From an uncultured Neomegalonema sp. (lineage in GTDB: Bacteria > Pseudomonadota > Alphaproteobacteria > Rhodobacterales > Rhodobacteraceae): 30,589 bases of DNA. Under the pieces are notes generated by a model. The model saw nothing but the letters and a program-made list of their open reading frames with translations. It was not told the origin of the DNA and made no database searches. The stretch is from NCBI GenBank assembly GCA_937944035.1, contig CALDZQ010000153.1:1-30589 (forward strand), in the 5' to 3' direction. The translations under genes were made by a program, and so were the position numbers. Positions 6,627 through 14,873 of the stretch are shown here, piece by piece; the stretch's first letter is position 1; each line of letters begins with the position of its first letter.

Positions 6627-7994
6627 TTATGACGCCGCAGAGCCACCCCACCCCGACCACTCCGCCTCATCCACCCAAGGCGGTTTTTCCCCCGCTGCAC
6701 GGGCGGCTTTCCAGGTGTCGTAGGCGTTGCGCCGCTCACTCCAGCCATCCAACCGCTCAGGATGCCAATGCGCCGGACGGTGGAACCCCTCCGGCAACAC
6801 CGTCCCCGCGCAGCCGAAACAGGTTTTCACCGCCTCTTGCGATAAATCTTCCGCCGCTGTAAAATCAGCGAAGCTGGCCATGACGGAGTCAATGCGCACC
6901 ATGGCCAGCTTCGCTGATTTAAGCTGCGCCTGTATGAGGTCCGCCCCTTCCAAGTGCGCCTCTCTGAGGTCCGCCCCTTCCAAGTGCGCCCCTCTGAGGA
7001 CCGCCCCTTCCAAGTGCGCCTTATAGAGGTCCGCCCCTTCCAAGTGCGCCCCTCTGAGGTCCGCCCCTTCCAAGTGCGCCGTATAGAGGTTCGCCCCTTC
7101 CAAGTGCGCCCGTGTGAGGTCCGCCCCTTCCAAGTGCGCCTCTCTGAGGTTCGCCCCTTCCAAGTGCGCCTTATAGAGGTTCGCCCCTTCCAAGTGCGCC
7201 TCCGAAAGCAGGGCATTCCTGAAATTGCCCGCACGCATGTCCGCTTTGCGCAGGTTGGCCTTGCGCAGGTCCAGCACATAGCGTGACTTGTCAGGGCTTT
7301 CTTTGATTTCATACCGGACACGCGCTTTACTCCGCCGCCCTAACACTGTCAGCACGGCCTGCACATCGCTACGGACATCGGGGAAAGCCCTAACCCATTC
7401 TCTAATCTGATCATTCTTCACATCCGTAACCGGCAGCGCCTCACACCCCGCCCCCGGCGCATTCTCCCGCACATACGCGCACAGCGTCTCCATCACCGCG
7501 ATATGGTCACGCTCTGAGTCCTGAGAAATCCGCTCCAGCGCATAAATCGCCCCCAACCGCACCTCGATATTCGGTTTGTAGGTATAGATGTCGTTGCCTT
7601 CGTCATCCTTCGAGCGGATTTCCCGCGTCGTCCCCAACTGCTCCACAGCCTTCGTGAACAGGTCCGCATAATCCCGGTCCTGCTGCCGCTTCACCTGTGC
7701 TTCCGCCGCTGCCGTTGCCCGCCGCGCGATCTCGGCTCGCCAGACAGCAAAACCACCCGCAACAAGCGCGGCCAGCACCAGACCCACATTCCTCACCGCA
7801 GCTCTATCGTTCTGCCCGTCTTTGTTTAGGGGCGGATCAGCCAGCACGTCGAAGAAATCGACCAACACCCAACCCGTCAGAACGATTAGCAACGTCACAC
7901 CCGCTACGGCCAGCACTAGCGCGCCCCACGGCAGAATCCCACCTATCAGCCGCCCAAGCCGCGCGACGTGATCTGTTTTTTCACCTTCACTCAT
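6627..7994 (-). CDS. Membrane-anchored pentapeptide-repeat protein, ~455 aa, antisense cargo before g15
   Basis: Two N-terminal TM segments; DLFTKAVEQLG...EVRLGAIYALERISQDS..DH..VMETLCAYVRE; nine AHLEGAxLxx units. Start 7994 (MSEGEK) or 8012; the 635-aa track ORF runs through repeat DNA and g15. Confidence 0.85.
   Translation of the reverse strand: MSEGEKTDHVARLGRLIGGILPWGALVLAVAGVTLLIVLTGWVLVDFFDVLADPPLNKDGQNDRAAVRNVGLVLAALVAGGFAVWRAEIARRATAAAEAQVKRQQDRDYADLFTKAVEQLGTTREIRSKDDEGNDIYTYKPNIEVRLGAIYALERISQDSERDHIAVMETLCAYVRENAPGAGCEALPVTDVKNDQIREWVRAFPDVRSDVQAVLTVLGRRSKARVRYEIKESPDKSRYVLDLRKANLRKADMRAGNFRNALLSEAHLEGANLYKAHLEGANLREAHLEGADLTRAHLEGANLYTAHLEGADLRGAHLEGADLYKAHLEGAVLRGAHLEGADLREAHLEGADLIQAQLKSAKLAMVRIDSVMASFADFTAAEDLSQEAVKTCFGCAGTVLPEGFHRPAHWHPERLDGWSERRNAYDTWKAARAAGEKPPWVDEAEWSGWGGSAAS
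6931..7200 (-). repeat. Nine tandem 30-bp coding repeats (AHLEGA[DNV]L decapeptides)
   Basis: Core cgccccttccaagtgcgcc recurs with exact 30-nt period; in-frame in the pentapeptide gene. Confidence 0.95.
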
Positions 7995-8045
7995 CCCGCG
8001 ACTTTCCCCCATCCACCCCCCGTCGTAAAGCAAAACCCCGCCCCC

Positions 8046-8141
8046 TTTCACCGGGAGTGCGCAGCACGACCACGCGCTCGCCCGCCCCACGGGCGTGTGC
8101 GTCCCGCCAAAGGCGGTCCACCCCCTCCCCGGTCGACCGCT
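8046..8141 (+). repeat. Multi-hairpin repeat family 3, copy D (between pentapeptide gene start and g15 start)
   Basis: Matches copy B along its length and copy C at the 5' end. Confidence 0.85.
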
Positions 8142-8181
8142 TTTTTCTTCCCCCTCCCCCCAACACGGACTCCCCGCACCC

Positions 8182-11100
8182 ATGTCCACCCTCGTCCTCA
8201 CCGCTGCCGGAGCCGCCATCGGCGGCGCGGCCCTCCCCGCAGGCGTCGGCTTCCTCGGCGCGACCATCTCCGGCGCGGCCATCGGGTCGGGCATCGGCGG
8301 CGTGTTGGGCAGCGCCCTCGACCAGCGCCTCTTCGGCCCCGGCGCGCAAGTCCGCCAAGGTCCGCGCCTCACCAATCTCGACGTTGTCACCTCCACCGAG
8401 GGCGCGCCGGTCCCCCGCGTCTTCGGGCGTATGCGCCTCGCGGGACAAGTCATCTGGGCCACCCGCTTCAGGGAAACCGCCACTGACAGCAGCACGGGCG
8501 GCAAAGGGGGCGGCCCCGCCTCGCGCGATTTCACCTACTCCGTCAGCGTCGCCATCGCTCTGTGCGAAGGCCCGATCGCGGGCATCGGTCGCCTGTGGGC
8601 CGACGGCCAGCCGATGGACCTCAGCGGCGTCACCCGCCGCCTGCACCACGGCACAGAGAACCAGCCCCCCGACCCCCTCATCGCAGCGCTGACCCCCGAC
8701 ACCCCTTCCTACGCGGGCACAGCCTACATCGTCTTCGAGGACTTGCCGCTGACCCCCTACGGCAACCGCCTCCCCCAGATCACGGTCGAGGTCCGCCGCC
8801 AGCCCGTCCCCCCCGCCGGGCACGAGGACGGCCCCAACCTCCCCGCGCTGATCGAGGGCGTCGCCCTCTCCCCCGGCTCAGGTGAGTTCGCGCTCTCCAC
8901 CCAACCCGTCCGCCGCATCACGGGCGAGGGCATCTACGAGTCCGAGAACGAAAACAACACCGCCGGACAGCCCGACTTCCTCACCGCCATCGACCAGCTG
9001 GAGGCAACCGCCCCGAATTGCCGCTCGGCCCTGCTGATCGTCTCGTGGTTCGGCACAGACCTGCGCGCGGGCCACTGCCAACTCCACCCCGGCACCGACC
9101 GCGTCACCAAAGAGACCGATCCCCTCGCATGGCTCGTGTCGGGCGAAACCCGCAGCTCCGCCCACGCAATCAGCACAGACGACACCGCCAACGCCGTCTA
9201 CGGCGGCACACCGTCCGATGTCTCCGTCTTCCAAGCCATCCGCGAGCTGACCGCGCGGGGCATAGAAGTCACCTTCTACCCCTTCATCCTGATGGACATC
9301 CCCGCCAACAACCCGATGAGCCAACCCGCCTTCCCGTGGCGCGGACGCATCGAGGGGGCAGGGCAGGGCGACATCGACACCTTCTTCGGCACGGCCGCCC
9401 CGTCCGACTTCGCCCCCTGGACAGGCGCAACCATCCCCTACACCGGCCCGGATGAGCGCACCCTGCGCCGCATGATCCTCCACTACGCCCATCTCTGCGC
9501 CGCTGCCGGAGGGGTCGAGGCATTCTGCATCGGGTCAGAGCTTCGCGGCATCACCACCACCCGCGCGGGCAACACGTATCCTGCTGTCCCCGCCCTGCGC
9601 GCCCTCGCCGCCGATGTGCGCGCCATCCTGCCAAGCACCAAGATCAGCTACGCCGCCGACTGGTCCGAATACGCCAACCACCGCTTGTCAGACGGCACAC
9701 TGACCTTCCATCTCGACCCGCTGTGGGCCGACCCGAATATCAACTTCATCGGCATCGACAACTACCTGCCGCTGAGCGATTGGCGCACGGGCGGCGACCA
9801 TGCCGACGCGGCAAACGCCAACAGCGTCTACGACCTCGCCTACCTCACCGCCAACGTGGAGGGCGGCGAATACGCCGACTGGTTCTACGCCACGCCAGCC
9901 GACCGCGCCGCCCAAACCCGCACCCCGCTGACAGACACCGCCCACGGCGAGCATTGGGTCTTCGGCGTCAAGCGGCTGCGCGACTGGTGGTCCAACCCCC
10001 ACCACAACCGCCCCGCTGGCGTGCGCGAGGCGACCCCGACCGCATGGCAACCCCAATCCAAACCGATCCGCTTCACCGAAACCGGATGTCCCGCCGTCGA
10101 TCTGGGTGCGAACCAGCCCAACGTTTTCCACGACCCCAAATCGTCCGAATCCGCATTCCCCTACCACTCACGCGGCGTCAGGGATGACGCGATGCAGCGC
10201 CGCTATCTCCAAGCCATATTAGCCCATTGGCAAAACGATCCGATGGTCGAGCGCAGCTACGTCTGGACATGGGACACGCGCCCCTACCCGGATTACCCCC
10301 TGCGCAGCAGCGTCTGGAGCGACGGCCCCGCCTATGACAAAGGCCACTGGATCACGGGCCGCCTGGATGCCGCCCCCCTCGCCGAACTGGTCGCCGAGAT
10401 CTGCGCCAGCGCCGGAGAGACCCGCATCGATGTAAGTCGCCTGCACGACCTCGTCCACGGCTACACCATCGACCGCACCATGAGCGCCCGCGACGCCCTC
10501 GCCCCGCTGATGCTGGTCTACGGCTTCGACGCGGTGGAAAGCGACGGCGTCATCCGCTTCACCCCGCGCGGCGCGGCCCCCGTCGCCACGCTGGACGAGG
10601 CTGATCTCGTCGAGTCCGAAGACCCCTTCACCCTGACACGCGCGCAGGAAACCGATCTCCCCCGCGCCGTGCGTCTGGGCTACATCCGCGCCGATGCCGA
10701 ATACAGGCGCGGCACGGCGGAGGCGACGCTGGAGCCGACCGCCTCCAACCGCATCGACGCCAGCGACCACGCCATCGCGCTCCCCGGCGGCAAAGCCCAA
10801 GCCGCCGCCAACCGCTGGCTGTCCGAGGCCCATGTCGCCAAAGACAGCGCCGCCTTCGCGCTGCCCCCCTCCCGCCTCGCGCTGGAGCCGGGTGATACGA
10901 TCACGCTGGTGAATGACGGTAACAGCTACCCCCACCGCCTCGCCGCGATTTCAGAGGCCGACAGCCGCCAGATCGACGCCATCCGCGTCGCCCCCGATCT
11001 CTACATCCCGTCCGATGCGCCGGAATCCCAGCCCGAACCGCCCGCCCTGCCGTTGCAAACCCCCGTCATCGTCGAATTCCTCGACCTCCCGCTCCTCAAA

Positions 11101-11973
11101 GGCTCCGAAAGCCCCGCCCCCCACATCGCCGCTTTCGCAAGCCCGTGGCCCGGCGCGGTCGCCCTCTACAGCGCCCCGTCCGAGGCCGATTTCGCCCTGA
11201 CCCTCACCCTGGAACGCCCCGCCACACTGGGCCGCACCCTCACCGCGCTCACCCCAAGCGCCCCCTCCCGCTGGAGCCGAACAAGCGTCGACATCAAACT
11301 CTCCTCCGGCAGCCTGCGCAGCCGCGACCGCCTCAGCACCCTCGCCGGAGCCAACGCCGCCGCCCTGCGCACCCCGTCCGGCGCGTGGGAGGTGATCCAG
11401 TTCCGCGAGGCATCGCTGACGGCCCCGCAAACCTACCGCCTCACGGGCCTGCTGCGCGGTCAGGCCGGAACCGAACCGCTCATCACAGACCTGCCCGCCG
11501 GAACCCGCTTTATCCTCATCACCGACGCGCTCAAACAACTGCCCCTCACGGCTGAGGATACCGACCGCGAAGTCCACTACCGCTATGGCCCCGCAAACCT
11601 GCCCTTCGACGCCGAACCCTTCCGCGCCACCACCCACACCCCCTCCGGCGCAGCCCTGCGCCCCTACGCCCCCGCCCATCTGCGCACGACCACCACCGAC
11701 AACGGAGACCTCTCGATCACATGGACCCGCCGCAGCCGCGTCGGCGGCGACAGCCTGCAAACCGAACCGCCCATCGGTGAAGAATCCGAACGCTATCTGG
11801 TCGAATTCTCCACCCCCTCCGGCCCCCTGCGCAGTTTTGAGACAACCTCCCCCGCCACCACCTACACAGCCGCCCAACAATCCTCTGACGCCGCCACGCG
11901 GCCCCTAACCATCCGCATCGCCCAACTCTCCGCTGTGATCGGCCCCGGCTTTTTCGCTGAGATCGTGGTCTAA
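8182..11973 (+). CDS. GTA megatron / host-specificity baseplate protein (g15-like; GTA_TIM + phage-tail domains), 1263 aa
   Basis: ATG 8182 (MSTLVLTAAGAAIGG); EGAPVPRVFGRMRLAGQVIWATRF; SGEFAL; VSWFGTDLRAG; YRRMILHYAHL-like RRMILHYAHLCAAAGGVEAFCIGSELRG; ISYAADWSEY; SKPIRFTETGCPAVDLGANQPNVF; WTWDTRPYP; HWITGRL. Confidence 0.95.
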   Translation: MSTLVLTAAGAAIGGAALPAGVGFLGATISGAAIGSGIGGVLGSALDQRLFGPGAQVRQGPRLTNLDVVTSTEGAPVPRVFGRMRLAGQVIWATRFRETATDSSTGGKGGGPASRDFTYSVSVAIALCEGPIAGIGRLWADGQPMDLSGVTRRLHHGTENQPPDPLIAALTPDTPSYAGTAYIVFEDLPLTPYGNRLPQITVEVRRQPVPPAGHEDGPNLPALIEGVALSPGSGEFALSTQPVRRITGEGIYESENENNTAGQPDFLTAIDQLEATAPNCRSALLIVSWFGTDLRAGHCQLHPGTDRVTKETDPLAWLVSGETRSSAHAISTDDTANAVYGGTPSDVSVFQAIRELTARGIEVTFYPFILMDIPANNPMSQPAFPWRGRIEGAGQGDIDTFFGTAAPSDFAPWTGATIPYTGPDERTLRRMILHYAHLCAAAGGVEAFCIGSELRGITTTRAGNTYPAVPALRALAADVRAILPSTKISYAADWSEYANHRLSDGTLTFHLDPLWADPNINFIGIDNYLPLSDWRTGGDHADAANANSVYDLAYLTANVEGGEYADWFYATPADRAAQTRTPLTDTAHGEHWVFGVKRLRDWWSNPHHNRPAGVREATPTAWQPQSKPIRFTETGCPAVDLGANQPNVFHDPKSSESAFPYHSRGVRDDAMQRRYLQAILAHWQNDPMVERSYVWTWDTRPYPDYPLRSSVWSDGPAYDKGHWITGRLDAAPLAELVAEICASAGETRIDVSRLHDLVHGYTIDRTMSARDALAPLMLVYGFDAVESDGVIRFTPRGAAPVATLDEADLVESEDPFTLTRAQETDLPRAVRLGYIRADAEYRRGTAEATLEPTASNRIDASDHAIALPGGKAQAAANRWLSEAHVAKDSAAFALPPSRLALEPGDTITLVNDGNSYPHRLAAISEADSRQIDAIRVAPDLYIPSDAPESQPEPPALPLQTPVIVEFLDLPLLKGSESPAPHIAAFASPWPGAVALYSAPSEADFALTLTLERPATLGRTLTALTPSAPSRWSRTSVDIKLSSGSLRSRDRLSTLAGANAAALRTPSGAWEVIQFREASLTAPQTYRLTGLLRGQAGTEPLITDLPAGTRFILITDALKQLPLTAEDTDREVHYRYGPANLPFDAEPFRATTHTPSGAALRPYAPAHLRTTTTDNGDLSITWTRRSRVGGDSLQTEPPIGEESERYLVEFSTPSGPLRSFETTSPATTYTAAQQSSDAATRPLTIRIAQLSAVIGPGFFAEIVV

Positions 11974-11983
11974 CCCTACTTCT

Positions 11984-12010
11984 CCCTCCCCCTTGGGAGG
12001 GCGGGGTGGG
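11984..12010 (+). repeat. REP-like palindrome family 1, copy 2
   Basis: ccctccc-cctt-gggaggg-cggggtggg, 10 nt after the g15 stop. Confidence 0.6.
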
Positions 12011-12067
12011 TGTCTCAAAGCCTGTCCCTGCATCGAGATTGGCGAAAAATAGCATAAAAATAACACC

Positions 12068-12137
12068 GTCATACTCCGCGAAGGCGGGGTATCCAGCCTC
12101 GCGGCCTGAAAGACTGTCTCTCCATCAATCGGGTCGG
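12068..12137 (+). repeat. REP/MITE-like family 2 (GTCAT..CCGCGAAGGCGG..ATCCAG), copy 1, right end degenerate
   Basis: gtcatactccgcgaaggcggggtatccagcctcg..cctgaaaga..tctcc..caatcg aligns with 14292-14360. Confidence 0.75.
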
Positions 12138-12198
12138 TGTTCCCCGCCGAAATCACCGTCTGCCTCCCCCTTCTACCTCCCCCAACACGAAAGCCCTT

Positions 12199-13296
12199 AT
12201 GACCCCCAACCTCGCCCTGACCCTCCTCGCCGCATCCCAAGCGCAAAAGCATGTCACCATCAACGAAGCCCTCACCCGCATCGACGCCGCCGCGCAAACC
12301 GCCGTCCTCACCCGCACCCTCACCGCCCCGCCAACCACCCCCGCTGACGGCGACCGCTACCTGATCGACGGCCCCGCCACGGGCGATTGGCAAGGGCATG
12401 AGGACCAGATCGCCGCATGGGACGCCCCCGCCCAAGGCTGGCTCTTCCTCACCCCGCATCCGGGCTGGCGCGTCTGGATCATCGACGAGGACACACTCCT
12501 CGCCCGCACCGCCGCCAGCACATGGCAGCCTGTGGGCGGCGGCGGTCAGCTCAACCCCGTGGCGGGCGACCTGCTCGGCGTCAACACCAGCGCGGATGCC
12601 GCCAACCGCCTCGCCGTCGCCTCCCCCGGCGTGCTCCTCACCCACGAGGGCGCGGGCATCCGGACAAAGCTCAACAAAGCCGCCGCCTCTGATACCGCGT
12701 CGCTGCTGCTGCAAACCAACTACAGCACCCGCACCGAGTTCGGCCTTGTTGGCGATGATGACACCGTCCTCAAAACCTCCCCCGACGGCAGTGCCTTCAC
12801 CGAGGCAATGCGCATCCCCGCCGCCACCGCCCGCCCGGGTTTCCCCCAAGGCATCACCCTCGCCGGAGCCACCCCGCTCACCCGCTACGAGGAGGGCGAC
12901 TTTACGCTGACACTCGGTCCGGGCGCGACGTCGGGCCAGTGGGATGCGGCCACGGGCCTTGCCGTCGAGAGCGCCCGCTACACCCGCATCGGCAACCTCG
13001 TCCACCTGCGCGCCGCCTTCCGCTTCACCGGACTGCCGGACGCCCCGATAACCGCCGCCACCTCGCGCAGCCTCGACATGGCCCCCTTCACGCCGACCGA
13101 TGCGGCCCCGACCGACTCCTTCGACCACGCGGGCATGGCCACCATCGTCGGCCCCCTATCGAACGGAGGCAGCGCGTTTGCGTTTGCGTATCTGAACAAG
13201 ATCGGGCGGCTGTTCCTGTCCCTAGCACCCCCCGCCATCAACCCGCCGGAGACTTCGGCGCTGATCCTCCTGAACCTGACCTACGAGGCCGACTGA
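12199..13296 (+). CDS. DUF2793 tail fibre protein (rcc00171-like N-terminus) with a C-terminal tip domain
   Basis: TPNLAL.LLAASQAQKHVTINEAL..ID; GDRYLI...ATGDWQGHEDQIAAW; NRLAVAS.GVLLTH; LNKAAASDTASLL.Q; EFGLVGDDD; tip with RYEEGDFT...ARYTRIGNLVHL. Confidence 0.85.
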   Translation: MTPNLALTLLAASQAQKHVTINEALTRIDAAAQTAVLTRTLTAPPTTPADGDRYLIDGPATGDWQGHEDQIAAWDAPAQGWLFLTPHPGWRVWIIDEDTLLARTAASTWQPVGGGGQLNPVAGDLLGVNTSADAANRLAVASPGVLLTHEGAGIRTKLNKAAASDTASLLLQTNYSTRTEFGLVGDDDTVLKTSPDGSAFTEAMRIPAATARPGFPQGITLAGATPLTRYEEGDFTLTLGPGATSGQWDAATGLAVESARYTRIGNLVHLRAAFRFTGLPDAPITAATSRSLDMAPFTPTDAAPTDSFDHAGMATIVGPLSNGGSAFAFAYLNKIGRLFLSLAPPAINPPETSALILLNLTYEAD

Positions 13297-13299
13297 TCC

Positions 13300-14043
13300 A
13301 TGCCGACCCCGTCCATCGTCCGCGCCAACAACCCCTGCGCCCTGCGCCCCTTGTCACGGGGGCGCTGGAAAGGACAGACCGGAACCATACGCACCCCCGG
13401 CGGCGCGTATTGCGCGTTTTCAGACCCCGTCTGGGGCGTGCGTGCGGGCCTTCGCAATCTCGACACCTACCGCCGCCGCCACCGCCTCACCAGCGCGGCC
13501 CAGATCATCGCCCGCTGGGCACCCAAATCTGACAACAACCCCGAAAGCGCCTACGCCCGCTTCATCGCCCGCCGCCTCGGCCTCTCGGTCCTGCAACCGA
13601 TCCCGTTCGACTACGACCACACCAGCCGCCTTGTCGCCTCCATCATCCGGTTCGAGACGGGAACCAACGCCGTCGGCCCCGACACCATCGCCCAAGCAAT
13701 GGCCCTAATGGCCGCCGAGGAAGAAACCGCAGGCCGCGACCCGGCCCCCTATCTGGTCGAGAGCGCCCCGCTCAAACCGCTCACCCGTTCCAAAGAAATC
13801 GCGCTGGGCGGGGGCGCGGCCACCATCGGCGCGGGCGGCGCACTCGCCTACGCCCCCGAAGCCATAGACGCCGCCCGCTCCGCCATCGACACAGGCCGCG
13901 ACGCGGCACAGTCCATCGGCATCTCCAAACCCGCCGCCAGCCTGGGCGAGTTCGCCTGTATCGGCAGCTTTCTGATCCTGCTGCTGTTCGGCCTCGCCAT
14001 CCTCGCCAACCGCCTCCTCGCCCGCTACCGCGCCGAAAGATGA
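13300..14043 (+). CDS. Putative endolysin (phage 'virion protein/P5-like' lysozyme-type family) with C-terminal hydrophobic helices
   Basis: RANNPCALR..W.GQTG..Y..FSDP.WGVRA...L..Y...L....IIARWAP..DNN..AY...IA...G...LVASIIRFETG motif string; tail SKEIALGGGAATIGAGG and FLILLLFGLAILANR. Starts 3 nt after the fibre stop. Confidence 0.65.
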   Translation: MPTPSIVRANNPCALRPLSRGRWKGQTGTIRTPGGAYCAFSDPVWGVRAGLRNLDTYRRRHRLTSAAQIIARWAPKSDNNPESAYARFIARRLGLSVLQPIPFDYDHTSRLVASIIRFETGTNAVGPDTIAQAMALMAAEEETAGRDPAPYLVESAPLKPLTRSKEIALGGGAATIGAGGALAYAPEAIDAARSAIDTGRDAAQSIGISKPAASLGEFACIGSFLILLLFGLAILANRLLARYRAER

Positions 14044-14046
14044 CCC

Positions 14047-14214
14047 ATGACCTCGACCCTGACGATCCCCTTGCCCAACACCCTCACCCTGACCCGCACC
14101 ATCAGTCCGAGCGGCGACCTGTCCCTGCACATCACCGACCCCTCCGGCACGATCCACTACAGCGAAGACATCACCGCCCCGCAGACCGTCGACACACCGG
14201 AGCAAATCCTCTGA
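14047..14214 (+). CDS. Small 55-aa Thr-rich protein MTSTLTIPLPNTLTLTRTISPSGDLSLHITDPSGTIHYSEDITAPQTVDTPEQIL (not in ORF track)
   Basis: ATG 3 nt after the endolysin stop (TGA-ccc-ATG, same spacing as fibre-endolysin TGA-tcc-ATG); C-ending codons as in neighbouring GTA genes. Confidence 0.6.
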   Translation: MTSTLTIPLPNTLTLTRTISPSGDLSLHITDPSGTIHYSEDITAPQTVDTPEQIL

Positions 14215-14291
14215 TTGCGTCACTTCTGCGCGGCCCTCGCTACGGCTTGGCTCTGATTATCGCAGTAAAGCGCTTACATCAGCAAAGCAGA

Positions 14292-14409
14292 GTCATCATC
14301 CGCGAAGGCGGATGATCCAGTCTCGTTTCCTGAAAGATATTTCTCCGGCAATCGAGTCTGGATTCTTTGCTGGAGCCTGTCCTCCGCGAAGGCGGGGGCA
14401 GAGAATGAC
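14292..14409 (+). repeat. REP/MITE-like family 2, copy 2, with nested hairpin insertion
   Basis: Reverse complement of 15604-15699 except that the second loop carries tggagcctgtcctccgcgaaggcggggg. Confidence 0.85.
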
Positions 14410-14422
14410 GGAAGATTTCTGA

Positions 14423-14719
14423 ATGACCCTCCTCGCCCGCCTCCTCACACTCCCCCGCTGGCTCCTCCTCGCCACCGCAGCAACAACCGCCATCACCACC
14501 CACACCGCCGCCTACCACCTCGGCGCAGCCTTCGCCTTCCGCGCAGGCTTCGACAACGGCGCAGCCACCACGCTCAACCGCCTCGCCGCCCAAGCCGCCC
14601 GCCGCACCGCCAACCAGATCGAAGACCGCCTCAATGCCGAAACCGCTTCTCATCCTCACAATGGCGAGCGCCCTGACGGCCTGCGCTGCGGTCCCTCCGC
14701 CCGTGACTGCCCCGAATAA
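14423..14719 (+). CDS. Putative inner-membrane spanin (Rz-like), 98 aa
   Basis: N-terminal hydrophobic segment, Ala-rich helix LNRLAAQAARRTANQIEDRLNAE, C-terminal RCGPSARDCPE; its 3' end overlaps a lipoprotein gene. Confidence 0.6.
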   Translation: MTLLARLLTLPRWLLLATAATTAITTHTAAYHLGAAFAFRAGFDNGAATTLNRLAAQAARRTANQIEDRLNAETASHPHNGERPDGLRCGPSARDCPE

Positions 14720-14873
14720 CTGCCTCAGCTGCCGCGCCCTCCCGCCGCCGAGTTCCAGCATCACCGACACCCCTAAAACCCGCGCGCTGACGGACGTGAT
14801 CTTCACCGTATGGGCCTGCACCTGCGCCCCCGACCTCGCCGCCGCCAAAGGACTGAAATGCTCCCCCGCCTGA
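14634..14873 (+). CDS. Putative outer-membrane lipoprotein spanin (Rz1-like), 79 aa
   Basis: Lipobox ALTA-C17, Pro-rich mature part (VPPPVTAP, LPPPSS), several Cys; starts 86 nt inside the upstream gene in another frame, GAAGA RBS. Confidence 0.65.
   Translation: MPKPLLILTMASALTACAAVPPPVTAPNNCLSCRALPPPSSSITDTPKTRALTDVIFTVWACTCAPDLAAAKGLKCSPA

Noticed and set aside
6931-7200. Regular 30-bp repeat resembling a CRISPR array
   Set aside because: The variable part is only ~6 nt, units are in-frame pentapeptide codons, and no cas genes are present.
3617-7994. Both antisense cargo genes come to 1368 bp (455 aa) with my chosen starts
   Set aside because: No sequence similarity between them and the pentapeptide start is uncertain (7994 vs 8012); treated as coincidence.
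7697-13128. Long alternative-frame ORFs over g15 and the fibre (e.g. 10951-11880, 11905-13128 minus)
   Set aside because: High-GC shadow ORFs overlapping well-supported genes; Gly/Arg-rich with no family signal.
14040-14315. Track ORF of 91 aa after the endolysin
   Set aside because: His/Pro/Arg-rich off-frame reading that runs into a repeat; the 14047-14214 frame has far better codon usage.
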